From: Centroscyllium fabricii
Lineage: Eukaryota
Assembly: GCA_051313645.2 (NCBI GenBank)
Contig: JBNRSN020000089.1
Location: forward strand, 2,232,001-2,296,000
Direction of reading: 5' to 3'
Length of the DNA stretch: 64,000 bases
Shown: positions 12,777-27,459 of the stretch, piece after piece
Position numbering within the stretch: position 1 is the stretch's first letter
Layout: the number at the start of each line of letters is the position of its first letter
Position numbers and translations under genes: made by a program
Notes under the pieces: generated by a model
Database searches by the model: none
Seen by the model: the letters and a program-made list of their open reading frames with translations, nothing else
What the model was told of the DNA's origin: nothing

Positions 12777-15543
12777 GGACTGAAATGCGCCTACTTCAAT
12801 GCAAGAAGTATACGTAACAAAGCAGGAGTGCTAGGGGCATGGATGGCGACATAGAAATTCGATGTGGTGGCCATTACAGAGACGTGGCTGGAGCAGGGAC
12901 AGGATTGGATGCTTGGGGTTCAGGGATACAGAAGCTTCTGTAGGAGCAGGATGGGAGGAAAGCGCGGGGGGGAGTAGCACTGCTGGTCATGGACAGCGTG
13001 ACAGCTACAGAAAAACACTTTGAGGGGGACACACGAAGGGAGGTAGTATGGGCGGAGCTTAGAAATAGGAAAGGGGCGGTAAAGTTAGTGGGAGTCTTTT
13101 ATAGACCACCAAATAGTAACAGGGAGGTGGACGAGGAAATTGTGCGACAAATAAAGGAAAGATGTGGGGGACATACGATAGTTATCTTGGGAGTTTTCAA
13201 TTTCCCTAATATAGACTGGAATCTAGGTAGGTCAAAGAGTGCAGATGGAGAGATTTTCTTACAATGCGTGCAGGAAGGTTTCCTGACAAAATACGTGGAG
13301 GAACCAACAAGGGGGGGGTAACGTTGGACCTGGTTCTTGGAAATGGAACAGGCCAAGTGGTAGAACTGGGGTTAAGGGAGCATTTTGGGGACAGTGACCA
13401 CAACTCGGTGACGTTCACAATAGTAATGGAGAAGGATAGGAGCATGAGGCAGGGTAAGGTATACAGCTGGGGGAGGGGAAATTACGACAGGGTTAGGCAC
13501 GATTTAGCTAACATCGATTGGGAATGGGAACTTGCTGGGAGAGGAATGGAAGAAAAATGGAGAGTGTTCAGGGAGCAAATTATGAAAGCCCTGGATATGC
13601 ATGTCCCGAGTAGGATGGGAAACAAGGGAAAGATGAGAGAACCGTGGACCACGAAAACGGTAGAACAATTAGTAAAGTAGAAGAAGGAGGCATATGATAG
13701 AATGAGAAAGCAGTGTACAGCAGGGGCGGGAAAGGAGTACAAAGAAGCAAGGAAAGAACTGAAGAATGGGCTAAGGAAGGCAAAGGGAGGGCATGAGAAT
13801 GCATTCACGGGAAGGATAAAGGAGAACCCTAAGGCATTCTATGCTTACGTAAGAAATAAAAGGATGACTAGGATAAGAGTAGGGCCGATCAAAGACGGCA
13901 AGGGAGAAATGTGCACGGAGTCAGAGGAAATTGGGGAAGCACCAAATGAATATTTTGCGTCCGTGTTCACAAGGGAGAGGGAACTAAAAGTAGAGGAGGA
14001 ATTCAAGATACAAGGGGAAAGGATGGGGGAAGCAAATATACAGAGGGGGGAGGTATTAGATATTTTGGACAAACTGAAGGTAGACAAATCTCCTGGGCTG
14101 GACGGGATATATCCAAGGATTCTCTGGGAAGCAAGGAACGAAATCGCAGAGCCACTGACCTCTATCTTTAGTTCCTCGCTATCCTCCGTGATAGTCCCTG
14201 AGGACTGGAGAGAGGCGAATGTGGTTCCCATATTTAAAAAGGGGAGCAGGGACGTGCCAGGGATCTACAGACCAGTCAGCCTTACCTCGGTGGTTGGAAT
14301 GGTGAGGGAAAGGGTCCTGAGGGACAGAATCTACGACCATCTAGAAAGGGGCAAATTAATCAGGAGCAGTCAGCACGGATTCGTTAAGGGCAAATCGTGC
14401 CTGACCAACCTGATAGAATTCTTTGAAGAGGTGAACAAGTGTGTGGACGAGGGAAAGGCGGTTGATGTCATATATATGGACTTCAGCAAGGCATTCGACA
14501 AGGTCCCGCACAGTCGACTCATGAAGAAAATAAGGAGTTGCGGGGTAAACAATGAAGTAGTGGGATGGATTGAGAACTGGCTGGCTCAGAGAAAGCAGAG
14601 GGTAGTGGTAGAGGGCCAATACTCGGGTTGGAGACCAGTCACCAGTGGGGTGCCACAGGGGTCGGTGTTGGGGCCACTAATGTTTGTAATCTTTATCGAT
14701 GACTTGGAGGAGGGGACTGAGGGGTGGGTCAGCAAATTTGCAGATGACACAATGTTTGGGGGAGTAGTGGATGAGGAGGAAGAAAGTAGAAGGCTTCAGA
14801 GGGATATAGATAGGATGCAGAGCTGGGCTGAAGAATGGCAAATGGAGTTCAACACGGGGAAATGCGAGGTGATACACTTTGGTAGGACAAATAGGAATAG
14901 GGAATATAGGGTCAACGGCAGGGTCCTGAGCGAAATAGAGGAACAAAGGGATCTGGGAGTATATGTACACAGATCATTGAAGGCTGCCACCCAGGTGGAT
15001 AAGGCAGTAAAAAAGGCCTATGGTGTATTGGCCTTCATCAACAGGGGAATAGAGTATAAGAACCGGGAGGTCATGCTACAGCTGTACAGGTCAATGGTGA
15101 GACAACACTTGGAGTACTGTGTACAGTTCTGGGCACCGTACTACAGGAGGGATATGGAGGCATTGGAGAGGGTGCAGAGGAGATTCACCAGGATGCTGCC
15201 GGGAATGGGGGGAAAATCCTACGAGGAGAGGTTGAGGGAGCAGGGACTCTTCTCCCTGGAGTGGAGAAGGAAGAGGGGGGACTTAATAGAGATGTTCAAG
15301 ATGATGAAGGGGATCGATAGAGTAAACGTGCAGAGACTGTTTCCCCGGGTGGGAAGAACAACAACAAGAGGGCACGAGCACAAGATTCAAGGAGGAAGAT
15401 TCAGAAGCGATGGCAGGGGCAAGTTCTTTACACAGAGAGTGGTCGGGGAGTGGAATAGGCTTCCATCTGAAATAGTGGATGTGGACAGTCTGGGAGCTTT
15501 TAAAAGGATGAAAGATAGGTACATGGAGGGGAAGGAAGATTAG
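12777..15543 (+). pseudogene. Disrupted CR1 ORF2 (APE endonuclease + reverse transcriptase), copy 1
   Basis: APE motifs LKCAYFNARS, AITETWL, YRPP, LDLV, SDH; RT motifs YRPVSLTS, YMDFSKAFDKV, GVPQGSVLGP, FADD (14737-14748). Stops at 12852 and 13678; apparent -1 frameshifts in G runs at 12966-12972 and 13311-13318. Confidence 0.93.
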
Positions 15544-15615
15544 GGGGGACAGGAAAAATCGGCGAAGGACTAAGCGCGGCAACACATTGAGGACCCAAGG
15601 GCCTGTACAATGCTG

Positions 15616-15641
15616 TATGTTCTATGTTCTATGTTGTATGT
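15616..15641 (+). repeat. CR1 3'-terminal 7-bp microsatellite tail (TATGTTC)n
   Basis: TATGTTC TATGTTC TATGTTG TATGT; equivalents at 22761-22786 and 41231-41256 (perfect in copy 3). Confidence 0.9.
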
Positions 15642-18600
15642 AATGTCCATCTATGTACAATACATCAGACAATATCCATCTGTGAACAATACATCAGACA
15701 ATATCAATCTGTGTACAATACATCAGACAATGTCCATCTGTGTACAATAAATCAGACAATATCCATCTGTGAACAACACATCAGACAATATCCATCTATG
15801 TACAAAACATCAAACAATATCCATCTGTGTACAATACATCAGACAATGTCCATCTGTGAACAATACATCAGACAATGTCCATCTGTGAACAATACATCAG
15901 ACAAAGTCCATCTATGTACAATACATCAGATATTATCCATCTTGTGTACAATACATCAGACAATCTCCATCTGTGTAAAATACATCAGACAATGTCCATC
16001 TGTGTAAAATACATCAGACAATGGCCATCAGTGTACAGTACATCAGACAATGTCCGTCTGTGAACAATACATCAGACAATAACCATCTGTGTACATTATA
16101 TCAGATAATATCCATCTGTGTACAATACATCAGACAATGACCATCTGTGAACAATACATCTGACAATGTCCATCTGTGAACAATACATCAGACAATATCC
16201 ATCTGTGTACAATATATCAGACAATGTCCATCTGTGTACAATACATCAGACAATGTCCATCTGTGTACAATACATCAGACAATATCAATCTCTGAACTAT
16301 ACATCAGACAATGTCCATCTGTGTACAATACATCAGACAATATCCATCTGTGTACAATACATCAGACATTATCCATCTGTATACAATACATCAGACATTA
16401 TCCATCTGTGTACAATACATCAGACAATATCCATCTGTAAACAATACATCAGACAATGTCCATCTGTGTACAATAAATCACACAATGAACATCTGTGTAC
16501 AATACATAAGACAATGTCCATCTGGTGTACAATACATCAGACAATGTCCATCTGTGTACAATACAGCAGACAATGTCCATCTATGAACAATACATCAGGA
16601 AATATCCATCTGTGAACAATACATCAGACAATATCCATCTGTGCACAATACCTCAGACAATGTCCATCTGTACAATACATCAAACAATATCCATCTGTGT
16701 ACAATACATCAGACAATGTCCATCTGTGAACAGTACATCAGACAATGTCCATCTGTGAACAATATATCAGACAATGTCCATCTATGTACAATACATCAGA
16801 CATTATCCATCTTGTGTACAATTAATCAGACAATCTACATCTGTGTAAAATGCATCAGATAATTTCCATCTGTGTACAATACATCAGACAATGGCCATCT
16901 GTGTACAATACATCAGAAAATGTCCATCTGTGAACAATACATCAGACAATATCCTTCTGTGTACATTATATCAGATAATATCCATCTGTGTACAATACAT
17001 CAGACAATGACCATTTGTGAACAGTACATCTGACAATGTCCATCTGTGAACAATACATCAGACAATATCCATCTGTGTACAATACATCAGACAATGTCCA
17101 TCTGTGTACAATACATCAGACAATGTCCATCTCTGTATAATACATCAGACAATGTCCATCTGTGAACAATACATCCGACATTGTCCATCTGTGTACAATA
17201 AATGAGACATTATCCATCTGTGTACAATACATCAGACAATGTCCATCTGTGAACAATACATTAGACAATGTCCATCTGTGAACAATATATCAGACATTAT
17301 CCATCTGTGTACAATACATCAGACATTGCCCATCTGTGAACAATACATCAGACGTTATCCATCTGTGTACAATACATCAGACAATACCCATCTGTGTACA
17401 ATACATCAGACAATATCCATCTGTGTACAATACATCAGACAATATCCATCTTTGTACAATACATCAGATATTGTCCATCTGTGAACAATATATCAGATAT
17501 TATCCATCAGTGTACAATACATGAGACAATGTCCATCTTTGAACAATACATCAGAAAATGTCCATCTGTGTACAATACATCAGGAAATATCCATCTGTGA
17601 ACAATACATCAGACAATATCCATCTGTGTACAATACATCAGACAATATACATCTCTGTACAATACATCAGACAATGTCCATCTGTGAACAATATATCAGA
17701 CATTATCCATCTATGAACAATACATCAGACAATATCCATCTGTGAACAGTACATCAGACAATGTCCCTCTGTGTACAATACATCAGACAATGTCCATCTT
17801 GTGTACAATACATCAGACAATTTCCATCTGTGTACAATACATCAGACAATGTCTATCTGTGAAAAATACATCAGACAATGTCCATCTGTGTACAATACAT
17901 CAGACAATGTCCATCTGTTTACAATGTATCAGACAATGTCCATCTTGTGTAGAATACATCAGACAATGTCCATCTGTGTAAAATACATCAGACAATGTCC
18001 AGCTGTGTACAATACATCAGACAATGTCCATCTGTGTACAATAAATCAGACAATGTCCATCTGTGTACAATACATCCGACAATATCCATCTGTGAACAAT
18101 ATTTCAGACAAAGTCCATCTATGAACAATACATCAGACAATGTCCATCTGTGTACCATACATCAGACAATATCCATCTGTGAACAATTCATCAGACAATA
18201 TCCATCTGTGTACAATACATCAGACAATGTCAATCTGTGTACAATACATCAGACAGTATCCATCTGTGAACAATAAATCAGACAATATCCATCTTTGTAC
18301 AATACATCAGACAATATCCTTCTGTGTACAATACATCAGTCAATGTCCATCTGTGAACAGTATATCAGACATTAACCGTCTATGAACAATACATCAGACA
18401 ATGTCCATCTGTGAACAATACATCGGACAATGTCCCTCTGTGTACAATACATCAGATAGTGTCCATCTTGTGTACAATACATCAGACAATGTCCATCTGT
18501 GTACAATACATCAGACAATATCTATCTGTGAACAATACATCAGACAATGTCCATCTGTGTACAATACATCAGACAATGTCCATCTGTGTACAATACATCA

Positions 18601-19826
18601 GACAATGTCCATCTTGTGTACAATACATCAGGCAATGTCCATCTGTGTACAATACATCAGACAATGTCCATCTGTGTTCAATACATCAGACAATGTCCAT
18701 CTGTGTACAATAAATCAGACTATGTCCATCTGTGTACAATACATCAGACAATGTCCATCTATGAACAATACAGCAGACAATGTCCATCTTGTGTACAGTA
18801 CATCAGACAATGTTCCTCTGTGTACAATACATAAGACAATATCCATCTGTGTACAATACATGAGACATTATCCATCTGTGTACAATACATCAGACAATGT
18901 CCATCTGTGTACGATACATCAGACAATGTTCATCTCTGTACAACATATCAGACAATGTCCATCTGTGTACAATACATCAGACAATATCCGTCTATGAACA
19001 GTACTTCATGCAATGTCCATCTGTGTACAATACGTCAGAAAATGTCCATCTGTGAACAACACATCAGACATTATCCATCTTTGTACAATACTTCAGACAA
19101 TATCCATCTGTGTACAATACATCAGACAATATCCATCTGTGTACAATACATCAGACAATGTCCATCTGTGTACAATACATCGGACAATATCCATCTGTGT
19201 ACAATACATCAGACAATGTCCATCTGTGTACAATACATCAGACAATATCCATCTGTGTACAATACATCAGACTCTGTCCATCTGTGAACAATACATCAGA
19301 TTATGTCCATTTGTGTACAATACATCAGAAAATGTCCATCTGTGAACAATACATCAGACATTATCCATCTGTGTATAATACATCAGACAATGTCCATCTG
19401 TGTACAATACATCAGACAATATCCATCTGTGTACAATACATCAGACAATATCCATCTGTGTACAATACATCAGACAATGTCCATCTGTGTACAATACATC
19501 AGACAATATCCATCTGTGTACAATACATCAGACAATATCCATCTGTGTACAATACATCAGACAATGTCCATCTGTGTACAATACATCAGACAATGTCCAT
19601 CTGTGAACAATACATCAGACAATGTCCATCTGTGAACAATACATCAGACAATGTCCATCTATGAACAATACATCAGACATTGTCCATCTGTGTACAATAC
19701 ATTAGACAATGTCCAGCTGTGTACAATACATCAGAAAATGTCCATCTGTGAACAATACATCAGACGTTGTCCAGCTGTGAACAATACTTCAGACAATGTC
19801 CATCTGTGTACAATACATCAGACAAT
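15642..19826. repeat. 29-bp satellite array, segment 2
   Basis: Same monomer and orientation, between LINE copies 1 and 2. Confidence 0.99.
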
Positions 19827-22786
19827 TGGCCAGGGGATGGGGAAACGGGCAGGGAAACAAAGGGGAGACCAGGGAACATCGAGGAACAGGGGGGAGAACC
19901 AAGGACGCAGTGAAGTGACAGGGGACTGAAATGCGCCTACTTCAATGCAAGAAGTATACGTAACAAAGCAGGAGTGCTAGGGGCATGGATGGCGACATAG
20001 AAATTCGATGTGCTGGCCATTACAGAGACGTGGCTGGAGCAGGGACAGGATTGGATGCTTGGGGTTCAGGGATACAGAAGCTTCTGTAGGAGCAGGATGG
20101 GAGGAAAGCGCGGGGGGGAGTAGCACTGCTGGTCAAGGACAGCGTGACAGCTACAGAAAAACACTTTGAGGGGGACACACGAAGGGAGGTAGTATGGGCG
20201 GAGCTTAGAAATAGGAAAGGGGCGGTAACGTTAGTGGGAGTCTTTTATAGACCACCAAATAGTAACAGGGAGGTGGAGGAGGAAATTGCGCGACAAATAA
20301 AGGAAAGATGTGGGGGACATAGGATAGTTATCTTGGGAGTTTTCAATTTCCCTAATATAGACTGGAATCTAGGTAGGTCAAAGAGTGCAGATGGAGAGAT
20401 TTTCTTACAATGCGTGCAGGAAGGTTTCCTGACAAAATACGTGGAGGAACCAACAAGGGGGGGGTAACGTTGGACCTGGTTCTTGGAAATGAAACAGGCT
20501 AAGTGGTAGAACTGGGGGTAAGGGAGCATTTTGGGGAGAGTGACCACAACTCGGTGACGTTCACAATAGTAATGGAGAAGGATAGGAGCATGAGGCAGGG
20601 TAAGGTATACAGCTGGGGGAGGGGAAATTACGACAGGGTTAGGCACGATTTAGCTAACATCGATTGGGAATGGGAACTTGCTGGGAGAGGAATGGAAGAA
20701 AAATGGAGAGTGTTCAGGGAGCAAATTATGAAAGCCCTGGATATGCATGTCCCGAGTAGGATGGGAAACAAGGGAAAGATGAGAGAACCGTGGACCACGA
20801 AAACGGTAGAACAATTAGTAAAGAAGAAGAAGGAGGCATATGATAGAATGAGAAAGCAGTGTACAGCAGGGGCGGGAAAGGAGTACAAAGAAGCAAGGAA
20901 AGAACTGAAGAATGGGTTAAGGAAGGCAAAGGGAGGGCATGAGAATGCATTCACGGGAAGGATAAAGGAGAACCCTAAGGCTTTCTATGCTTACGTAAGA
21001 AATAAAAGGATGACTAGGATAAGAGTAGGGCCGATCAAAGACGGCAAGGGAGAAATGTGCACGGAGTCAGAGGAAATTGGGGAAGCACCAAATGAATATT
21101 TTGCGTCCGTGTTCACAAGGGAGAGGGAACTAAAAGTAGAGGAGGAATTCAAGATACAAGGGGAAAGGATGGGGGAAGCAAATATACAGAGGGGGGAGGT
21201 ATTAGATATTTTGGAGAAACTGAAGGTAGACAAATCTCCTGGGCTGGACGGGATATATCCAAGGATTCTCTGGGAAGCGAGGAACGAAATCGCAGAGCCA
21301 CTGACCTCTATCTTTAGTTCCTCGCTATCCTCCATGATAGTCCCTGAGGACTGGAGAGAGGCGAATGTGGTTCCCATATTTAAAAAGGGGAGCAGGGACG
21401 TGCCAGGGATCTACAGACCAGTCAGCCTTACCTCGGTGGTTGGAATGGTGAGGGAAAGGGTCCTGAGGGACAGAATCTACGACCATCTAGAAAGGGGCAA
21501 ATTAATCAGGAGCAGTCAGCACGGATTCGTTAAGGGCAAATCGTGCCTGACCAACCTGATAGAATTCTTTGAAGAGGTGAACAAGTGTGTGGACGAGGGA
21601 AAGGCGGTTGATGTCATATATATGGACTTCAGCAAGGCATTCGACAAGGTCCCGCACAGTCGACTCATGAAGAAAATAAGGAGTTGCGGGGTAAACAATG
21701 AAGTAGTGGGATGGATTGAGAACTGGCTGGCTCAGAGAAAGCAGAGGGTAGTGGTAGAGGGCCAATACTCGGGTTGGAGACCAGTCACCAGTGGGGTGCC
21801 ACAGGGGTCGGTGTTGGGGCCACTAATGTTTGTAATCTTTATCGATGACTTGGAGGAGGGGACTGAGGGGTGGGTCAGCAAATTTGCAGATGACACAATG
21901 TTTGGGGGAGTAGTGGATGAGGAGGAAGAAAGTAGAAGGCATCAGAGGGATATAGATAGGATGCAGAGCTGGGCTGAAGAATGGCAAATGGAGTTCAACA
22001 CGGGGAAATGCGAGGTGATACACTTTGGTAGGACAAATAGGAATAGGGAATATAGGGTCAACGGCAGGGTCCTGAGCGAAATAGAGGTGCAAAGGGATCT
22101 GGGAGTATATGTACACAGGTCATTGAAGGCTGCCACCCAGGTGGATAAGGCAGTAAAAAAGGCCTATGGTGTATTGGCCTTCATCAACAGGGGAATAGAG
22201 TATAAGAACCGGGAGGTCATGCTACAGCTGTACAGGTCAATGGTGAGACAACACTTGGAGTACTGTGTACAGTTCTGGGCACCGTACTACAGGAGGGATA
22301 TGGAGGCATTGGAGAGGGTGCAGAGGAGATTCACCAGGATGCTGCCGGGAATGGGGGGAAAATCCTACGAGGAGAGGTTGAGGGAGCAGGGACTCTTCTC
22401 CCTGGAGTGGAGAAGGAAGAGGGGGGACTTAATAGAGATGTTCAAGATGATGAAGGGGATCGATAGAGTAAACGTGCAGAGACTGTTTCCCCGGGTGGGA
22501 AGAACAACAACAAGAGGGCACGAGCACAAGATTCAAGGAGGAAGATTCAGAAGCGATGGCAGGGGCAAGTTCTTTACACAGAGAGTGGTCGGGGAGTGGA
22601 ATAGGCTTCCATCTGAAATAGTGGATGTGGACAGTCTGGGAGCTTTTAAAAGGATGAAAGATAGGTACATGGAGGGGAAGGAAGATTAGGGGGGACAGGA
22701 AAATCGGCGAAGGACTAAGCGCGGCAACACATTGAGGACCCAAGGGCCTGTACAGTGCTGTATGTTCTATGTTCTATGTTGTATGT
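19827..22786 (+). mobile_element. CR1-clade LINE, family A copy 2 (2960 bp)
   Basis: Same junctions as copy 1; roughly two dozen differences from copy 1 by eye (<1%), including a 1-bp deletion in the 3' UTR A run. Confidence 0.96.
19923..22689 (+). pseudogene. Disrupted CR1 ORF2, copy 2 (open from 20503 to 22689, 728 aa including the whole RT)
   Basis: Shared TAG at 19998, both shared G-run frameshifts and a private TAA at 20500; RT motifs intact (FADD). Confidence 0.93.
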
Positions 22787-25700
22787 AATGTCCATGTATG
22801 TACAATACATCAGACAATATCCATCTGTGAACAATACATCAGACAATATCAATCTGTGTACAATACATCAGACAATGTCCATCTGTGTACAATAAATCAG
22901 ACAATATCTATCTGTGAACAGCACATCAGACAATATCCATCTATGTACAAAACATCAAACAATATCCATCTGTGTACAATACATCAGACAATGTCCATCT
23001 GTGAACAATACATCAGACAATGTCCATCTGTGAACAATACATCAGACAAAGTCCATCTATGTACAATACATCAGATATTATCCATCTTGTGTACAATACA
23101 TCAGACAATCTCCATCTGTGTAAAATACATCAGACAATGTCCATCTGTGTACAATACATCAGACAATGGCCATCAGTGTACAGTACATCAGACAATGTCC
23201 ATCTGTGAACAATACATCAGACAATAACCGTCTGTGTACATTATATCAGATAATATCCATCTGTGTACAATACATCAGACAATGACCATCTGTGAACAAT
23301 ACATCTGACAATGTCCATCTGTGAACAATACATCAGACAATATCCATCTGTGTACAATATATCAGACAATGTCCATCTGTGTACAATACATCAGACAATG
23401 TCCATCTGTGTACAATACATCAGACAATATCAATCTCTGAACTATACATCAGACAATGTCCATCTGTGTACAATACATCAGACAATATCCATCTGTGTAC
23501 AATACATCAGACATTATCCATCTGTATACAATACATCAGACATTATCCATCTGTGTACAATACATCAGACAATATCCATCTGTAAACAATACATCAGACA
23601 ATGTCCATCTGTGTACAATAAATCACACAATGAACATCGGTGTACAATACATAAGACAATGTCCATCTGGTGTACAATACATCAGACAATGTCCATCTGT
23701 GTACAATACATCAGACAATGTCCATCTATGAACAATACATCAGGAAATATCCATCTGTGAACAATACATCAGACAATATCCATCTGTGCACAATACCTCA
23801 GACAATGTCCATCTGTACAATACATCAAACAATATCCATCTGTGTACAATACATCAGACAATGTCCATCTGTGAACAGTACATCAGACAATGTCCATCTG
23901 TGAACAATACATCAGACAATGTCCATCTATGTACAATACATCAGACATTATCCATCTTGTGTACAATAAATCAGACAATCTACATCTGTGTAAAATGCAT
24001 CAGATAATTTCCATCTGTGTACAATACATCAGACAATGGCCATCTGTGTACAATACATCAGAAAATGTCCATCTGTGAACAATACATCAGACAAAATCCT
24101 TCTGTGTACATTATATCAGATAATATCCATCTGTGTACAATACATCAGACAATGACCATTTGTGAACATTACATCTGACAATGTCCATCTGTGAACAATA
24201 CATCAGAAATTATCCATCTGTGTACAATACATCAGACAATGTCCATCTGTGTACAATACATCAGACAATGTCCACCCCTGTACAATACATCAGACAATGT
24301 CCATCTGTGAACAATACATCAGACATTGTCCATCTGTGTACAATACATGAGACATTATCCATCTGTGTACAATACATCAGACAATGTCCATCTGTGAACA
24401 ATACATTAGACAATGTCCATCTGTGAACAATATATCAGACATTATCCATCTGTGTACAATACATCAGACATTTCCCATCTGTGAACAATACATCAGACGT
24501 TATCCATCTGTGTACAATACATCAGACAATACCCATCTGTGTACAATACATCAGACAATATCCATCTGTGTACAATACATCAGATAATATCCATCTTTGT
24601 ACAATACATCAGATATTGTCCATCTGTGAACAATATATCAGATATTATCCATCAGTGTACAATACATGAGACAATGTCCATCTGTGAACAATACATCAGA
24701 AAATGTCCATCTTGTGTACAAAGATCATACAATATCCATCTGAGTACAATACATCAGACAATATCCATCTATGAGCTATACATCAGACAATGTCCATCTG
24801 TGTACAATACATCAGACAATATCCATCTGTGAACAATACATCAGACAATATCCATCTGTGTACAATACATCAGACAATATCCATCTGTGTACAATACATC
24901 AGACAATGTCCATCTGTGTACAATACATCAGACAATATCCATCTGTGAACAAGACATCAGAAAGTATCCATCTGTGAACAATACATCAGACAATGTCCAT
25001 CTGTGTACAATATATCAGACAATATCCATCTGTGAACAATACATCAGACAATATAAATCTGTGTACAATACATCAGACAATATCCATCTGTGTACAATAC
25101 ATCAGATATTGTCCATCTGTGAACAGTAAATCAGACATTATCCATCTATGAACAATATATCAGAGAATGTCCATCTGTGAACAATACATCAGACAATGTC
25201 TCTCTGTGTACAATACATCAGACAATGTCCATCTTGTGTACAATACATCAGACAATTTCCATCTGTGTACAATAAATCAGACAATGTCTATCTGTGAACA
25301 ATACATCAGACAATGTCCATTTGTGTACAATACATCTCACAATGTCCACCTGTGTACAATACATCAGACAATGTCCATCTTGTGTACAATACATCAGACA
25401 ATGTCCATCTGTGTACAATACATCAGACAATGTCTATCTGCGTACAATAAATCAGACAATGTCCATCTGTGTACAATACATCAGACAATGTCAATCTATG
25501 AACAATACATCAGACAATGTCCATCTTGTGTACAATACATCAGACAATGTCCATCTGTGTAAAGTACATAAGACAATATCCATCTGTGTACAATACATAA
25601 GACATTATCCATCTGTGTACAATTCATCAGACAATGATCATCTATGTACAATACATCAGACAATGTCCATCTGTGTACAATACATCAGACAATATCCATC

Positions 25701-25989
25701 TATGAACAAAACATCAGACAATGTCCATCTGTGAACAATACATTAGACAATGTCCATCTGTGAACAATACATCAGACATTATCCAACTGTGTACAATACA
25801 GCAGACATTGTCCATCTGTGAACAATACATCAGACATTATCCATCTGTGTACAATACATCAGACAATATCCATCTGTGTACAATACATCAGACAATATCC
25901 ATCTGTGTACAATACATCAGACAATATCCATCTTTGTACAATACATCAGAAATTGTCCAACTGTGAACAATACATCTGACATTATCCAT

Positions 25990-27045
25990 CTGTGTACAAT
26001 ACATGAGACAAAGTCCAGCTGTGAACAATACATCAGACATTGTCCTTCTTGTGTACAATACATCATACAATATCCATCTGTGTACAGTACATCAGACAAT
26101 ATCCATCTGTGTACAATACATCAGGCAATATCCATCTGTGTACAATACATCAGACATTATCCATCTGTGTACAATACATCAGACAATGTCCATCTGTATA
26201 CAATACATCAGACATTGTGCATCTGTGAACAATAAAGCAGACATTATCCATTTGTGAACAATACATCAGACAATATCCATCTCTGTACAATACATCAGAC
26301 AATATGCATCTGTGTAAAATACATCAGACAATATCCATCTGTGTACAGTACATCAGACAATGTCCAACTGTGTACAATACATCAGGCAATGTCCATCTGT
26401 GAACAATACATCTGAAAAAATCCATCTGTGTACAATATATCAGACAATGTCCATCTGTGTACAATACATCAGACAATGTCTATCTGTGAACAATACTTCA
26501 GACAGTATCCATCTGTGTACAATACATGAGACAAAGTCCAGCTGTGAACAATACATCAGACATTGTCCTTCTTGTGTACAATACATCATACAATATCCAT
26601 CTGTGTACAATACATCAGACAATATCCATCTGTGTACAATACATCAGGCAATATCCATCTGTGTACAATACATCAGACATTATCCATCTGTGTACAATAC
26701 ATCAGACAATGTCCATCTGTATACAATACATCAGACATTGTGCATCTGTGAACAATAAAGCAGACATTATCCATTTGTGAACAATACATCAGACAATATC
26801 CATCTCTGTACAATACATCAGACAATATGCATCTGTGTAAAATACATCAGACAATATCCATCTGTGTACAGTACATCAGACAATGTCCAACTGTGTACAA
26901 TACATCAGGCAATGTCCATCTGTGAACAATACATCTGAAAAAATCCATCTGTGTACAATATATCAGACAATGTCCATCTGTGTACAATACATCAGACAAT
27001 GTCTATCTGTGAACAATACTTCAGACAGTATCCATCTGTGTACAA
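25990..27045. repeat. 523-bp (18-monomer) tandem duplication, repeated again at ~31365-32390
   Basis: Offsets of 523 (26003/26526, 26040/26563, 26360/26883; 31704/32227); 523 = 17x29 + 30. Confidence 0.9.
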
Positions 27046-27459
27046 TACATCAGACAATGTCCATCTGTGAACAATACATCAGACAATGTCCATCTGTGTA
27101 AAATACATCAGACACTGTCCATCTTGTGTACAATACACCAGAGAATGTCCATCTGTGAACAATACATCAGACAATATCCATCTGTGAACAATACTTCAGA
27201 CAAAGTCCATCTATGAACAATACATCAGACAATGTCCATCTGTGTACAATACATCAGGAAATATCCATCTGTGAACAATATATCAGACAATATCCATCAG
27301 TGTACAATACATCAGACAATATCAATCTGTGTACAATATATCAGACAATGTCCATCTGTGAACAATAAATCAGACATTATCCATCAATGAACAATACATC
27401 CGACAATATCCATCTGTGAACAATACATCAGACAATGTCCCTCTGTGTACAATACATTA

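Larger units (their letters stand above)
12681..15641 (+). mobile_element. CR1-clade LINE, family A copy 1, 5'-truncated (2961 bp), apparent 3-bp TSD AAT
   Basis: Abrupt switch from satellite to purine-rich sequence. ORF2 has APE endonuclease and RT motifs, followed by a short 3' UTR and a (TATGTTC)n tail rather than poly(A). Junctions: GACAAT|TGGCC and TATGT|AATGTCC. Confidence 0.96.
10412..24711. repeat. ~7.15-kb tandem duplication of satellite plus LINE (~10412-17557 and ~17558-24711)
   Basis: Offsets of 7146/7145 bp (7117 where one monomer differs) across upstream satellite (10596/17742), LINE (12681/19827) and downstream satellite (15624/22769, 17394/24539). Confidence 0.92.

Noticed and set aside
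13099-15585. Minus-strand ORFs overlapping the LINEs (also 20245-22743, 38489-41200, 59517-61525)
   Set aside because: These are antisense shadow frames of purine-rich ORF2, Ser/Leu/Phe/Pro-biased, with no recognisable motif.
19651-19929. Satellite-LINE junction ORFs of family A (also 38207-38398)
   Set aside because: They are out of frame with ORF2 and stop about 100 bp into the element.
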